64,000 nucleotides of DNA from assembly GCA_001785355.1 (NCBI GenBank), contig MFTQ01000004.1, positions 3,612 through 67,611 on the forward strand, in the 5' to 3' direction. A model generated the notes under the pieces. The model was given only the letters and a program-made list of their open reading frames with translations. It had not been told where the DNA came from and searched no databases. Position numbers and translations under genes: made by a program. This DNA comes from Candidatus Nomurabacteria bacterium RIFCSPHIGHO2_01_FULL_41_71. GTDB taxonomy: Bacteria; Patescibacteriota; Minisyncoccia; Phycocordibacterales; UBA9973. Of the stretch, positions 49,514-60,308 are shown piece by piece; the stretch's first letter is position 1, and each line of letters starts with the position of its first letter.

Positions 49514-50494
49514 CTAATTTTTTTCTATTATTGTCTTGATAGAGTTTGTTAATTTAGCCGGATCATGGCGGATATATCCGCGAGAAACTTGAAAAGTTTC
49601 TTTCTTGTTTCGAATCACTACTCTTAAAGAGAGGAGGGGGGCACGGACAACCCTTTTTTCTTCCAGGTCATCCAACACCAACGCTCCTTTTCCTTCTTCT
49701 GATTCGTAGGCTTTTATTTGAGCAGGGTTCGGTTTCTTGTTATTTACGAGGATTATATCTATCTTCTTCCCAATGCGTTCTTCTATATCTCTGACATAAT
49801 CGCTTACTCTCCAGCCGGCAGTATGCCCAAGCTTATTGGTAAGATTGACGGGAAAGATGATTTTTGCCCGACTTTTATTTATTGCCTCTTTAAAACCGCC
49901 TATTATTAAATTCGGGACAATAGAACAATAATAATTACCAGGACCGAGAATAATCGCATCCGCATTTAGAATAGCGACTTTGGCGTGTTCACTTAAGGAA
50001 ATTTTATTTTTATAAAATATTTTTTTAATTCCATTTCTTTGGACATTGGTATTTTGAATTGCATTTTCTCCATTTATAATTTTGCCATTCGAAAGTTCAA
50101 CCAACAGATCGGCTTTATCTTTGGTAATCGGCACAACCTTTCCTTTTATTTTTAGAATTTCCGAAGCAATTTCCACCCCTAGAGCAAAATCTCCGGTTAC
50201 TTTTTCCAATGCCGCCAAAAAAATATTGCCAAAGCTGTGACCAGAGAGGGCTCCGTTTTGAAATCTATAATTCATCAATTTGCGCACTTTATCACTGTGT
50301 TCGGAAAGGGCCACAAGGCACTGCCTTACATCTCCCGGAGGAAGCACTCCCAATTCATCACGCAATACTCCCGTTGAACCGCCATCATCCGCCATAGATA
50401 CAATGGCAGAAATTGAAATATTCGGAATATTTTTTAGGCCGGAAAGCACGGTATAGCTTCCGGTTCCTCCGCCGATAGTAACTATATTTTTCAT
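49514..50494 (-). CDS. yvcK: YvcK/CofD-family protein (UPF0052)
   Basis: IGGGTGSYTVLSGLK…SMADDGGSTGVLRDELGVLPPGDVRQC. Confidence 0.8.
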   Translation of the reverse strand: MKNIVTIGGGTGSYTVLSGLKNIPNISISAIVSMADDGGSTGVLRDELGVLPPGDVRQCLVALSEHSDKVRKLMNYRFQNGALSGHSFGNIFLAALEKVTGDFALGVEIASEILKIKGKVVPITKDKADLLVELSNGKIINGENAIQNTNVQRNGIKKIFYKNKISLSEHAKVAILNADAIILGPGNYYCSIVPNLIIGGFKEAINKSRAKIIFPVNLTNKLGHTAGWRVSDYVRDIEERIGKKIDIILVNNKKPNPAQIKAYESEEGKGALVLDDLEEKRVVRAPLLSLRVVIRNKKETFQVSRGYIRHDPAKLTNSIKTIIEKN

Positions 50495-50546
50495 TAAAAT
50501 TTAAAGATTATTTGTTTTTAATTCATCCATATTATACTATATCTCT

Positions 50547-53468
50547 ATGATTTCAAGGATATATGTGACAGAAAAGGGGAAAGTCAATTTCCTTTATTCT
50601 TATCTTCTTTCACATAATTTTTCGCGTGAAGAAATATTAAAAATAGCCAGCGCCCTTACCAATCCCATTCTTGAAGAATTTTCAATAGATAAATTTCCGG
50701 ACGTTGGACATCCGACGTCTTTTACTTATGCGATTGAAATTGGTTTTAAGCCGGGTGTTACGGACAACATCGCTCACACCGTCAAAGAAACTATTGGAGA
50801 TCTGTTGCATTTAAAAGAAAATTCGTTCGCTGTCTACACATCGAAAATCTATTTAATTTATAAGAAAATAGACAGAACAGGGGCGGAGAAGATCGCTTTT
50901 TCTCTTCATAATCCTCTAATTGAAAGAGCAAATATATTCAACGCAAAAGAAATAAAAAAAACAAAAAGTTTACCAGACGATGTTCCTGAAGTATTTTTAA
51001 AGAAGTCTGACTTGGTTATTAAAATTCCGCTCGGGCTCGAGGACATGGAGCTGGAGAAAATAGGCAGGGAAGGAATAATGGACGATACAAATACGCGTAG
51101 AGGACCTCTTGCTCTCGATCTCCCTTCTATGAAAGCTATTCGATCATATTTCAGTAAAAAAAATAGAGATCCAAATGATATAGAAATCGAAGCCCTTGCC
51201 CAGACCTGGTCCGAACATTGCAAACACACTATTTTCGCAAACCCGATAGATGATATAAAAGACGGCTTGTATAAAACTTATATAAAAGGGGCGACTAATG
51301 AAATAAGAAAAAAGAAAGGGAGGAATGATTTTTGCGTTTCTGTTTTTTCTGACAATGCCGGAGGAATAATTTTCGACAAAAACTATTTAATAACCCATAA
51401 AGTTGAAACACACAACAGCCCTTCGGCCTTGGATCCATTTGGTGGAGCAATCACTGGCATCGTGGGGGTAAATCGAGATACTATCGGATTCGGATTAGGA
51501 GCTAAGCCGGTAGCGAATACTTACGGATTTTGTTTCGGCAATCCCAATGATAAAAAAGAATATTTTAAAGATAAAAATTTAAAACAGAAAATGTTATTGC
51601 CAAAGAGGATCATGGAAGGAGTTATCAAAGGAATAAACGTTGGAGGTAATTGTTCCGGAATTCCAACTCTTTCTGGTTTTATAAAATTTGATGATCGTTA
51701 TCGAGCCAAACCCATGGTTTTTGCCGGCACTGTGGGACTTTTGCCTCGCAAAATAGGAAAAAAACTATTGCATGAAAAAAAAGCGGAAACGGGGGGTTAT
51801 ATCGTTGTTGTGGGGGGGAGGGTTGGATTGGATGGAATTCATGGAGCGACATTTTCATCTGTCGCCATAGACTCTAATTCTCCCACAAGCGCTGTGCAAA
51901 TCGGCGACCCGATTACCCAAAAAAAGTTAAGCGACGCGATAGTAAAAGAGGCTCGCGATATGAACTTATACAATAGCATTACGGACAATGGCGCGGGGGG
52001 TTTGTCCTGCTCGGTGGCGGAAATGGCTAAAGAATGCGGAGGCGCAAAAGTTTTTTTAGAAAAAGTCCCTCTTAAATATCCCGGCTTGCGACCTTGGGAA
52101 ATTTGGATTTCAGAATCACAAGAACGTATGACTCTCTCGGTGCCAAAGAAAAAATGGAAGAGATTTTACAATCTTATGCAAAGCCGCGGCGTGGAAGCGG
52201 CAGTAATAGGAGAATTCACGAATTCCGGAAAAGTTATCGTAAAATATAAAGGCAAAGTGATAATGGATATAGATATGGAATTCTTGCACAATGGTTTACC
52301 TAAACATCATCTAACAACACAGCCGATAATTCGAACCCACTTAGAGCCTAAAATACTGAAACACGGATCACTTACTGGAATCTTAGAAAAGTTGCTTGGA
52401 AAAAATAATTTGCGCGGATTTTCTTTTATTTCCGAACAATATGACCATGAAGTGCAGGCATCTTCCGTTTTAAAGCCATTATCCGGGCGAGGAAGAATAA
52501 ATACCGATGCGCAAGTTTTCCGACCCGTTCTCTCGTCTAACAGGGGAGTCGTCTTATCAGAAGCTTTATATCCTTCATATTCCGACATCAATACTTATCA
52601 TATGGCCGCCTGCGCGCTAGACACCGCCGTAAGAAACGCGATTTGCGCGGGGGGCACAATGTCGCACCTTGCTCTCTTAGACAATTTTTGTTGGTATTCT
52701 TCAAATGATCCAACACGTCTAGCCGAATTAAAAGACGCTGTAAAAGCCTGCTATGATTATGCGGTCGGATATGGCACTCCATTTATTTCCGGCAAAGACA
52801 GCATGTTTAACGATTTTAAAGGCTACGATTCCAAAGGAGATCCGGTAGCCATTTCTATTCCACCAACACTTTTAATTTCCGCTATTGGGGTAATGCCTGA
52901 TTTTTATAAAGCTGTTTCGCCGGAGTTTAAAAATACTGGCGATGTAATTTATTTATTAGGAGAAACATATGATGAATTGGGCGGAAGTGAATATTATAAA
53001 ATGTTTGGTTTTGTTGGAAACAATGTGCCAAAAGTTAATTTAGAAAAAAATCTAAAAACTTATTTGGCGCTCGAAAAAGCGATAAAGAAAGAACTGATCG
53101 CCTCTGCGATCTCGGTCGCTTCCGGTGGGCTTGGCATAACGCTCGCCAAAGCCTGTATCGGCGGAATGCTCGGCTGCAACGTTTCATTTGCCAAGGTTGC
53201 CAAATGTTGCCAAAGCAAGGCTTTGGCAACTTCCACAGAGGTGAAGCTTTTTTCCGAAAGCCAGGGAAGGATATTAGTATCAGTATCTCCTAAAAATATA
53301 AAACAATTTGAAAAAACATGCATAGGAGTTTCCTATGCAAACTATGCAAAATTGGGAGAAGTTTCAAGGGACGGAAAGGTAATAATCACGGAGGGAAGAA
53401 ATAAAATAGTTGAAACTAGTGTAAAAAAATTACATGATATTTACCACAGATTTTCAAAAAATATATGA
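50547..53468 (+). CDS. purL: FGAM synthase PurL with an N-terminal PurS-like extension (purSL fusion)
   Basis: GFKPGVTDNIAHTVKE resembles PurS. WSEHCKH and the AIRS-like domains follow. 973 aa. Confidence 0.85.
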   Translation: MISRIYVTEKGKVNFLYSYLLSHNFSREEILKIASALTNPILEEFSIDKFPDVGHPTSFTYAIEIGFKPGVTDNIAHTVKETIGDLLHLKENSFAVYTSKIYLIYKKIDRTGAEKIAFSLHNPLIERANIFNAKEIKKTKSLPDDVPEVFLKKSDLVIKIPLGLEDMELEKIGREGIMDDTNTRRGPLALDLPSMKAIRSYFSKKNRDPNDIEIEALAQTWSEHCKHTIFANPIDDIKDGLYKTYIKGATNEIRKKKGRNDFCVSVFSDNAGGIIFDKNYLITHKVETHNSPSALDPFGGAITGIVGVNRDTIGFGLGAKPVANTYGFCFGNPNDKKEYFKDKNLKQKMLLPKRIMEGVIKGINVGGNCSGIPTLSGFIKFDDRYRAKPMVFAGTVGLLPRKIGKKLLHEKKAETGGYIVVVGGRVGLDGIHGATFSSVAIDSNSPTSAVQIGDPITQKKLSDAIVKEARDMNLYNSITDNGAGGLSCSVAEMAKECGGAKVFLEKVPLKYPGLRPWEIWISESQERMTLSVPKKKWKRFYNLMQSRGVEAAVIGEFTNSGKVIVKYKGKVIMDIDMEFLHNGLPKHHLTTQPIIRTHLEPKILKHGSLTGILEKLLGKNNLRGFSFISEQYDHEVQASSVLKPLSGRGRINTDAQVFRPVLSSNRGVVLSEALYPSYSDINTYHMAACALDTAVRNAICAGGTMSHLALLDNFCWYSSNDPTRLAELKDAVKACYDYAVGYGTPFISGKDSMFNDFKGYDSKGDPVAISIPPTLLISAIGVMPDFYKAVSPEFKNTGDVIYLLGETYDELGGSEYYKMFGFVGNNVPKVNLEKNLKTYLALEKAIKKELIASAISVASGGLGITLAKACIGGMLGCNVSFAKVAKCCQSKALATSTEVKLFSESQGRILVSVSPKNIKQFEKTCIGVSYANYAKLGEVSRDGKVIITEGRNKIVETSVKKLHDIYHRFSKNI

Positions 53469-54304
53469 AAATAAAAAATAAAAAAAAACCAAGAATTATA
53501 ATTATGTCCGGATACGGACTGAATTGCGAAGAAGAAACAAAATTTGCTTTTGATTGGGCGGGCGGAAGCGCGGATATTGTGCATATCAATGACTTGATAA
53601 AAAAACCAAAGATGCTCAAAGAATATCAAATAATGGTATTTCCGGGCGGATTTTCTTACGGAGATGATACCGGTAGCGGAAAAGCTTACGCAAACAAATT
53701 TAAAAATCATCTTTCAAAAGAACTGGAAGAATTTCTATCTCATGACACTTTGCTTATCGGTATTTGCAACGGATTCCAGATTATAACAAACCTTGGAATC
53801 GTCCCCGGCGCGCTGACTTATAATAAAAATGGAAAATATATTGATCGCTGGGTGGATTTGAAGCCAGTCGGCAAAAGCCCTTGGCTCAAAGGTATTAAAA
53901 ATATTTCTTTACCGATAGCGCACGGAGAAGGCAGATATATAAAGGAAAAAAAAGTAAAAAATTTAGCCGTAGCTTTTAAGTATACAAAAGGAGAGATATA
54001 CGATTTTCAAAATTTGGAATCTAATCCGAACGGTTCAGAGAGTGATATTGCCGGAGTTTTAGCGTATAATGGACGGGTACTGGGGCTCATGCCACATCCG
54101 GAACGAGCGATGTTCTTCCACCAAAGCCCGCTGTGGCAAACTAAAAAACAAAAAAGTAGAAAAATCCCAAAAGGGGGTATGAGTTTGCAGATTTTTAAAA
54201 ACGCAATAAATTATTTCGACAAGCGAGAAGCACGTGAGGGAGTAATCTCGCTCACAGCGTCCGAGTCGATGTCGAAACATCGTAATCGATATTTCAAACA
54301 ATAA
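53465..54304 (+). CDS. purQ: FGAM synthase glutaminase subunit
   Basis: GICNGFQI with the catalytic Cys, and an HPE triad. Confidence 0.85.
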   Translation: MKIKNKKKPRIIIMSGYGLNCEEETKFAFDWAGGSADIVHINDLIKKPKMLKEYQIMVFPGGFSYGDDTGSGKAYANKFKNHLSKELEEFLSHDTLLIGICNGFQIITNLGIVPGALTYNKNGKYIDRWVDLKPVGKSPWLKGIKNISLPIAHGEGRYIKEKKVKNLAVAFKYTKGEIYDFQNLESNPNGSESDIAGVLAYNGRVLGLMPHPERAMFFHQSPLWQTKKQKSRKIPKGGMSLQIFKNAINYFDKREAREGVISLTASESMSKHRNRYFKQ

Positions 54305-54305
54305 T

Positions 54306-55718
54306 ATGTCAGAATTAAGAGAAAAATGCGGTATCGTAGGAGTATACGGCAAGGGATTGCCTGTTTCCAGACTTTGTTTCTTCGGGCTTTTTGCTCTGCA
54401 ACACCGAGGCCAAGAGGCTTCCGGCATCACTACCAATGATGGAGATAAATTGCATACTCATAAAGGCGCGGGTTTGGTATCTCAAGTTTACCGTGAAGAA
54501 GACATTGAAAAACTTTCCGGCTACATCGGTATTGGGCACAACAGATATTCCACATCCGGGGGCGGAGCTTTAAATCATGCCCAGCCAGTCTTAAACGACA
54601 CGGAGACTTTTGCCTTGGCACACAACGGCAACTTGCCTTCCGTCAAAGCATTAGAAGATTTTTTAAAATCAAAAAACGCGCTGAAAAAAGACCGTAGTGA
54701 TTCGGAATTGATTACCGACGCCATAGATTTTTATCTAAAAGAGAAGTTAACGCTTCAAGAAGCGATGGAGAAAGTATACCCTTTGCTCACCGGCGCTTTT
54801 GCTTTGGTGATGATGACACATCATACTTTAATAGCTGTCAGAGATGAATACGGCATGAGGCCTCTCTGTCTTGGCTCGCTTAATTCTTCTTTGGGGGATG
54901 GATTTGTGATAGCATCGGAAACTTGCGCGCTTAAAACTATCGGTGCGGATTTTATCCAGGAAGTTATGCCGGGAGAAATGCTTGTAATAAATGAACAAGG
55001 GCTCAAATGCGTAAACTTGGCCCCCGCTAATCCCAAGCACGATATTTTTGAATATATCTACTTTGCGCGGCCTGATAGTGTACTCAACGGCAGACTCATC
55101 TACAATGTTCGCAAAAATTTTGGTAAAATGCTGGCTAGAGAATGCAATAATCTGGCGGTTGATGCCGTTGTGCCCGTACCGGATACAGCTATGCCGGTGG
55201 CTATAGGATTCTCGGAAACTTCGGGTGTGCCACTCGAGCTTGGAATAGTGAAAAATCGCTATGTGCACCGCACTTTCATCGAACCCACTCAAGAATCGCG
55301 CAGGCATAGCGTAGCCCTGAAACTCGTGCCTTTGCCGGAAGTTCTTAAAGATAAAAGAATCGCAGTGATTGATGACTCTATCGTCCGAGGACACACTTCC
55401 AAAAAACTGGTCACGTCTTTGTTTGAAAACGGCGCCAAGGAAGTGCACTTGCTCATTTCTTCTCCGCCGGTGCGCTTCCCGGATTTTTACGGCATTGATA
55501 CCCCAAAGCAAAAAGAACTCATCGCCTCGAATATGACCGTCGAAGAGATTCGCAAGTGGCTCGGGGCCACTTCTCTTCAGTATCTTTCATTGGAGGGATT
55601 GATCGAATCCATAGGAATTCCAAAAAATCATTTATGCACTTCCTTTTTTACCGGCGAGTACCCGATAGATTTAAAAGAGAGAAAATCCGAAGTTAGCTAT
55701 GATGTCCCAAACGAGTAA
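54306..55718 (+). CDS. purF: amidophosphoribosyltransferase
   Basis: N-terminal CGIVG with the nucleophile Cys, and a PRT domain. Confidence 0.9.
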   Translation: MSELREKCGIVGVYGKGLPVSRLCFFGLFALQHRGQEASGITTNDGDKLHTHKGAGLVSQVYREEDIEKLSGYIGIGHNRYSTSGGGALNHAQPVLNDTETFALAHNGNLPSVKALEDFLKSKNALKKDRSDSELITDAIDFYLKEKLTLQEAMEKVYPLLTGAFALVMMTHHTLIAVRDEYGMRPLCLGSLNSSLGDGFVIASETCALKTIGADFIQEVMPGEMLVINEQGLKCVNLAPANPKHDIFEYIYFARPDSVLNGRLIYNVRKNFGKMLARECNNLAVDAVVPVPDTAMPVAIGFSETSGVPLELGIVKNRYVHRTFIEPTQESRRHSVALKLVPLPEVLKDKRIAVIDDSIVRGHTSKKLVTSLFENGAKEVHLLISSPPVRFPDFYGIDTPKQKELIASNMTVEEIRKWLGATSLQYLSLEGLIESIGIPKNHLCTSFFTGEYPIDLKERKSEVSYDVPNE

Positions 55719-56250
55719 AAAAAAATTAGTACTGATGGTTCATGAGGGAGGTAGTCACACTAATTTAAAGACAATACGAAGGGCGGTTGATGCCGGTAAA
55801 ATTAATGCGGAAATTTCCGCGGTAGTTTCTGATAAAGAGAACGCGATACCGGTATTGGAGAAAATGTCCCCGGACTATATATGTCTCGCTGGTTGGAAGA
55901 AAATTATTCCTAAAAAAATTATAAAAGAATATAAGAACAAAATCTTAAATATACATCCGGGTTTAATTCCTGATACAGTCAACGAAAAAGTGAAAAATCC
56001 TGACGACACGGAAGCTTTGTGGAATAAAGAAATGTATGGTAATAAAGCCGTTCAGAATTTTTTAGATCGGAAAGCAACTTTTGCCGGCTCTTCTATTCAT
56101 TTTTTAACCCTTGACTTTGATTTTGGGCCGGTTTTAGGGAGAACTTTTGAAAAAATTCAAATTAATGATACTGTTGAATCTCTATATGCACGGCTCAAAA
56201 AAAAAGAAAATGAGTTATATGTGGAGATTTTAGAAAAATTAACTCAATGA
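55699..56250 (+). CDS. purN: phosphoribosylglycinamide formyltransferase
   Basis: NIHPGLIP motif, within the pur operon. Confidence 0.7.
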   Translation: MMSQTSKKKLVLMVHEGGSHTNLKTIRRAVDAGKINAEISAVVSDKENAIPVLEKMSPDYICLAGWKKIIPKKIIKEYKNKILNIHPGLIPDTVNEKVKNPDDTEALWNKEMYGNKAVQNFLDRKATFAGSSIHFLTLDFDFGPVLGRTFEKIQINDTVESLYARLKKKENELYVEILEKLTQ

Positions 56251-57599
56251 AAAAACAAAAAATTTTAATAATCGGTGCGGGTGGGGGCAGGGAACATGCG
56301 ATCGGGTGGAAAATAGCGCAGTCGCCGAGAGCGGGGAAATTATTTTTTGCGCGAGGAAATGCCGGTACGGCAGAGCTTGGAACCAATCTAGAAATTAAAG
56401 AGAGGGAAATTTCAAAACTTATTGATTTCGCAAAAAACGAAAAAATAGATTTGACTTTGGTTGTAGCAGATGAGCCATTAGCACTCGGTGTCGTGGATGA
56501 ATTTAAGAAAAATAATTTGCGAGTCTGGGGCCCGACCAAGGTAGCCGCACAAATAGAATGGTCCAAAGCGTATTCCAAGAATTTTATGCGCAAACACAAT
56601 TTACCGACGGCCAGATTTGAAATATTTAGTAATTTTGAGAAGGCAAAAGCTTACTTGGAGGCAAGGCCTCCACTTGGAGGCCTTGCCTCCAAGTCCTCCC
56701 TTGTAATTAAGGCAAGCGGACTGGCGCTCGGTAAGGGAGTAGTGATAGTAAAAACACTTTCAGAATCCCTGCAAACACTTGAAGAGATGATGATAAAAAA
56801 AGTTTTTGGCGGCGCGGGCAATGAAGTGGTGATCGAAGAATTTTTGACAGGCCCGGAAATTTCCATTCATGTATTTTCCGACGGAAAAACATATAAAATA
56901 TTTCCAGCTTCTCAAGATCATAAAAAAATTGGAGAAAGAGATACGGGGCTGAACACCGGAGGAGTGGGTGTTGTTGCTCCGCTCCCTTTCATGAATAAAG
57001 AAATGATGCAAAGAATTGAAAAAGAAATTATTGCGCCTACCATAAAAAATCTCAATGCCGAAGAACCATTTGTGGGAATACTTTATCCCGGTCTTATGCT
57101 CACGCCCGACGGTCCGAAAATTCTGGAATTCAACGCGCGCTTCGGCGACCCGGAAGCGGAAGCTTATATGAGGCTTTTAGACACGGATCTGCTCGATATA
57201 GTAGACGCTTCTATTGATGGAAAATTGGAGGAAGTTGAAGTCAGATGGAAAAATAAATTTGCTTGCAATGTTGTGCTTTGCTCCGGCGGGTACCCGGGGA
57301 GTTATGAGAAGGAAAAAATAATTTCGGGGGTGTGTCAAAGAGTCTCTTTGACAAAAGATTCTATGTCAAAGAGTCTCTTTGACAATGACGACGACATCGT
57401 TATTTTTCACGCTGGCACCAAAATAAATGAGAGAGAACAATTGGTCACTAACGGCGGACGGGTGCTTGGAGTTTCGGCATTGGGAAATTCTTTAGAAGAA
57501 GCGCTAGAAAAAGCCTACAAGACTATTGAAAAAATTTCGTTCGAGGGAATGCAATATAGAAGAGATATTGGTAAAAAAGCTCTAGAAATGATAAAATAA
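56247..57599 (+). CDS. purD: phosphoribosylamine--glycine ligase
   Basis: ILIIGAGGGREHA and an ATP-grasp domain. It carries the 40-bp element and two TGTCAAAGAG palindromes in-frame. Confidence 0.85.
   Translation: MKKQKILIIGAGGGREHAIGWKIAQSPRAGKLFFARGNAGTAELGTNLEIKEREISKLIDFAKNEKIDLTLVVADEPLALGVVDEFKKNNLRVWGPTKVAAQIEWSKAYSKNFMRKHNLPTARFEIFSNFEKAKAYLEARPPLGGLASKSSLVIKASGLALGKGVVIVKTLSESLQTLEEMMIKKVFGGAGNEVVIEEFLTGPEISIHVFSDGKTYKIFPASQDHKKIGERDTGLNTGGVGVVAPLPFMNKEMMQRIEKEIIAPTIKNLNAEEPFVGILYPGLMLTPDGPKILEFNARFGDPEAEAYMRLLDTDLLDIVDASIDGKLEEVEVRWKNKFACNVVLCSGGYPGSYEKEKIISGVCQRVSLTKDSMSKSLFDNDDDIVIFHAGTKINEREQLVTNGGRVLGVSALGNSLEEALEKAYKTIEKISFEGMQYRRDIGKKALEMIK
56654..56693. repeat. 40-bp nested palindromic element, copy 2, in-frame within purD
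   Basis: CTTGGAGGCAAGGCCTCC-ACTT-GGAGGCCTTGCCTCCAAG. The inner arm loops (AAG, CTT) are swapped relative to copy 1. It encodes LEARPPLGGLASK. Confidence 0.85.
57333..57384. repeat. two direct copies of the 21-bp perfect palindrome TGTCAAAGAGTCTCTTTGACA, in-frame in purD
   Basis: Copies at 57333-57353 and 57364-57384, separated by 10 bp. They encode CQRVSLTKDSMSKSLFDN. Confidence 0.8.
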
Positions 57600-57608
57600 A
57601 ATAAACTT

Positions 57609-58130
57609 ATGAAAAAAAGTGTGAAAGTAAGTATAATTATGGGCTCAGATACGGATTTAGAGGTGTTTTCCGAATCGGCAAAGGTTCTCGAAGAATTCGG
57701 TGTCTTATATGATATGACGGTGGCATCAGCCCACAGAAGCCCTAATTTGGTTCATAAATGCGTTACCACTGCCAAAGAACGCGGAATTATGGTTATCATA
57801 GCGGGAGCCGGCGGAGCAGCGCATTTAGCGGGAGTGGCTGCATCTTTGACTACTTTGCCGGTAATTGGAATTCCAATAAAAACAAAAAGCTTGGACGGGC
57901 TGGATTCTCTTCTCTCCACCGTGAGCATGCCTCCCGGCGTGCCAGTGGCCACGGTCGGCATCAACGCCGGAAAAAATGCCGGGCTTCTGGCTGTCCAAAT
58001 TCTCGCCACCTCTGATAAAAATTTAGAGAAAAAATTGCTTCTATATAAAAAAAAATTATCTAAAGATACTGAAGTCAAGGGTAAGAAACTTTTAAAAATC
58101 GGGTATAAAAAATATTTAAATCAGAAATAA
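57609..58130 (+). CDS. purE: N5-CAIR mutase / AIR carboxylase catalytic subunit
   Basis: VSIIMGSDTDL. Confidence 0.85.
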   Translation: MKKSVKVSIIMGSDTDLEVFSESAKVLEEFGVLYDMTVASAHRSPNLVHKCVTTAKERGIMVIIAGAGGAAHLAGVAASLTTLPVIGIPIKTKSLDGLDSLLSTVSMPPGVPVATVGINAGKNAGLLAVQILATSDKNLEKKLLLYKKKLSKDTEVKGKKLLKIGYKKYLNQK

Positions 58131-58132
58131 AA

Positions 58133-59311
58133 ATGTTAAACACCTTTTACTTTCAGAAAAATTCTCAACGCGTAAAAGCTTATGCGGAAGATGGTGTGGA
58201 TGTAGAAGAAGAAGCGCTATTTTCCAGTTTCGCCGGGTCGGTTTGCAAAGCGAGTTACAAAAATTCTCCGTTTGTGGAAGTACACGACTTATCCGGCGGA
58301 GGATTCCGAGGTCCTCGTCCTTTCACCTTTAAAAATCTCCCCGAAGGATATTTTATTGAAGCCTCCACCGACGGAATCGGAACAAAGGGTATCATTATTG
58401 ATGCCGCTAAAACCCATCATCTGGCAGCCTATGACCTCGTTGCCATGACCGCGAGCGATATTACCCGCTTTGGAGGCATTCCTTTGGTCTTGGTGAATGT
58501 TTTCGACACCACCAGCATAGGCAAGAAAGGCGATAAAATCAGCGAAACTTATAAGAGCGCCATAGCCGGACTGGGGGAAGTAGCCAAAGAAGAAAAAATT
58601 GTGATATTGAAAGGAGAAACCGCGCAAATGGGAGACGCACTTGGTTCAGAAATAAGCGATTCTAAAACCAAATTAAACTGGTCAGGCACGATGATCGGAG
58701 CCTATCATAAGGATAAAATGATCACCGGAGAAAATCTGGCACCCGGGCAGGTGATAATCGCGCTAAAAGAAAATGGTTTCCGGTGCAACGGCATAAGCTC
58801 TATTCGCGGAGCGCTTCGAGTAAAATACGGCAAGGAGTGGTGGAGAAATCCGGATGCGAAAGAACGCATCCGACAGACCGCGACCCCGTCCGTACTTTAT
58901 GATGCCTATGTAAACACTCTGCACGGCTGGTATGATAAAAATTTCAAACCGGAAATTACGCTTCACGCAGTAGTTCATCTTTCCGGAGGGGCGTTCAGAG
59001 AAAAATTGGCCAAGGATATTCTCTTACCTAAAAAACTTTCCGCGGAACTTTTCGATCTATGGGATCCGCCTCAAATCATGCGAGAATGCGCTTTTTGGCG
59101 AAACATCACCGATGAAGAATTTTACGAGGTGTGGCACGGAGGGCAAGGAATGCTTCTGGTGGTGGACGAAAAAGACGCCGAGTACTGCGTTAAAAGAGCA
59201 AAAGATTTTGAAATTCAAGCAAAGATTGCAGGAAAAGTAACAAAAGAATCAGAACCTCAAGTTTCCATAAAATCCAAATTAACACCAGATAAAATAATTA
59301 TTTATAAATAA
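58133..59311 (+). CDS. purM: AIR synthetase-family protein (PurM-like)
   Basis: ASTDGIGTKG. 392 aa. Confidence 0.7.
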   Translation: MLNTFYFQKNSQRVKAYAEDGVDVEEEALFSSFAGSVCKASYKNSPFVEVHDLSGGGFRGPRPFTFKNLPEGYFIEASTDGIGTKGIIIDAAKTHHLAAYDLVAMTASDITRFGGIPLVLVNVFDTTSIGKKGDKISETYKSAIAGLGEVAKEEKIVILKGETAQMGDALGSEISDSKTKLNWSGTMIGAYHKDKMITGENLAPGQVIIALKENGFRCNGISSIRGALRVKYGKEWWRNPDAKERIRQTATPSVLYDAYVNTLHGWYDKNFKPEITLHAVVHLSGGAFREKLAKDILLPKKLSAELFDLWDPPQIMRECAFWRNITDEEFYEVWHGGQGMLLVVDEKDAEYCVKRAKDFEIQAKIAGKVTKESEPQVSIKSKLTPDKIIIYK

Positions 59312-60274
59312 ATGGATATTGAAATAATCAAAAAACACATAGATGATGTATTAGTGGAAACAAATTTTACGAATTTGGGTAAAAAGAAAATCGGTAAAGT
59401 GCGGGACATCTATGTGGCCAAAAACACAGTAACTTTAATTTCCACCGACCGGCATTCTTCTTTTGACAGGATTATCGCGCATGTGCCTTTTAAAGGAGAA
59501 GTGCTTAATCAAATCAGTTTGTTCTGGTTTGATAAAACGAAAGATATTATAGAAAACCACGTCTTCGGCACTCCCGACCCTAATGTGGTTGTAGCCAAAA
59601 AATGCACTCCGCTTCCTATTGAATGTGTTGTTCGCGGATACATTACGGGAGTCACATCTACTTCGCTTTGGACCCATTATAAAGAAGGTAAACGCAATTT
59701 TGGCAATTTTGTTTTGCCCGAAGGAATTAAGAAAAATCAAAAATTGCCAGAGCCGGTTTTCACTCCTACCACCAAGTCAGAAGATCACGACCGACCCATC
59801 ACTCCGGACGAAATAGTATCCGAAGGATTGCTCTCTCTGGAATTAACACAAGAAATCGAACGCGTTGCCAAGACCTTGTTCAAAAGAGGTCAAGAGATAG
59901 CGTTAGAGCAGGGATGGTTGTTGGTAGACACAAAATACGAATTCGGCCTAGACCAGGAAGGAAAATTGATCCTGATAGATGAAATTCATACACCGGACTC
60001 ATCGCGTTATTGGAAAGCTGAGAGCTATGATGAACGTTTCAACGACGAACAGGAGCCGGAATATTTCGACAAGGAGTTTCTGCGCCTGTGGTTCAAAGAC
60101 AACTGCGATCCATATAAAGACAAAACACTCCCCAAGGCTCCGACCCATCTCATCGCGGAGCTTTCTCGCCGTTACATTGAAATATACGAAACCATAACCG
60201 GTAAACCTTTCAATCATGACCTTTCACAACCAACCAAAGAACGCGTCGCGAAAAATTTAAAAAATAAATTATAA
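59312..60274 (+). CDS. purC: SAICAR synthetase
   Basis: GKVRDIY and the long-form fold. Confidence 0.85.
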   Translation: MDIEIIKKHIDDVLVETNFTNLGKKKIGKVRDIYVAKNTVTLISTDRHSSFDRIIAHVPFKGEVLNQISLFWFDKTKDIIENHVFGTPDPNVVVAKKCTPLPIECVVRGYITGVTSTSLWTHYKEGKRNFGNFVLPEGIKKNQKLPEPVFTPTTKSEDHDRPITPDEIVSEGLLSLELTQEIERVAKTLFKRGQEIALEQGWLLVDTKYEFGLDQEGKLILIDEIHTPDSSRYWKAESYDERFNDEQEPEYFDKEFLRLWFKDNCDPYKDKTLPKAPTHLIAELSRRYIEIYETITGKPFNHDLSQPTKERVAKNLKNKL

Positions 60275-60308
60275 TCCTTGCAAATTATTATTATTTATGG
60301 TATAATAT

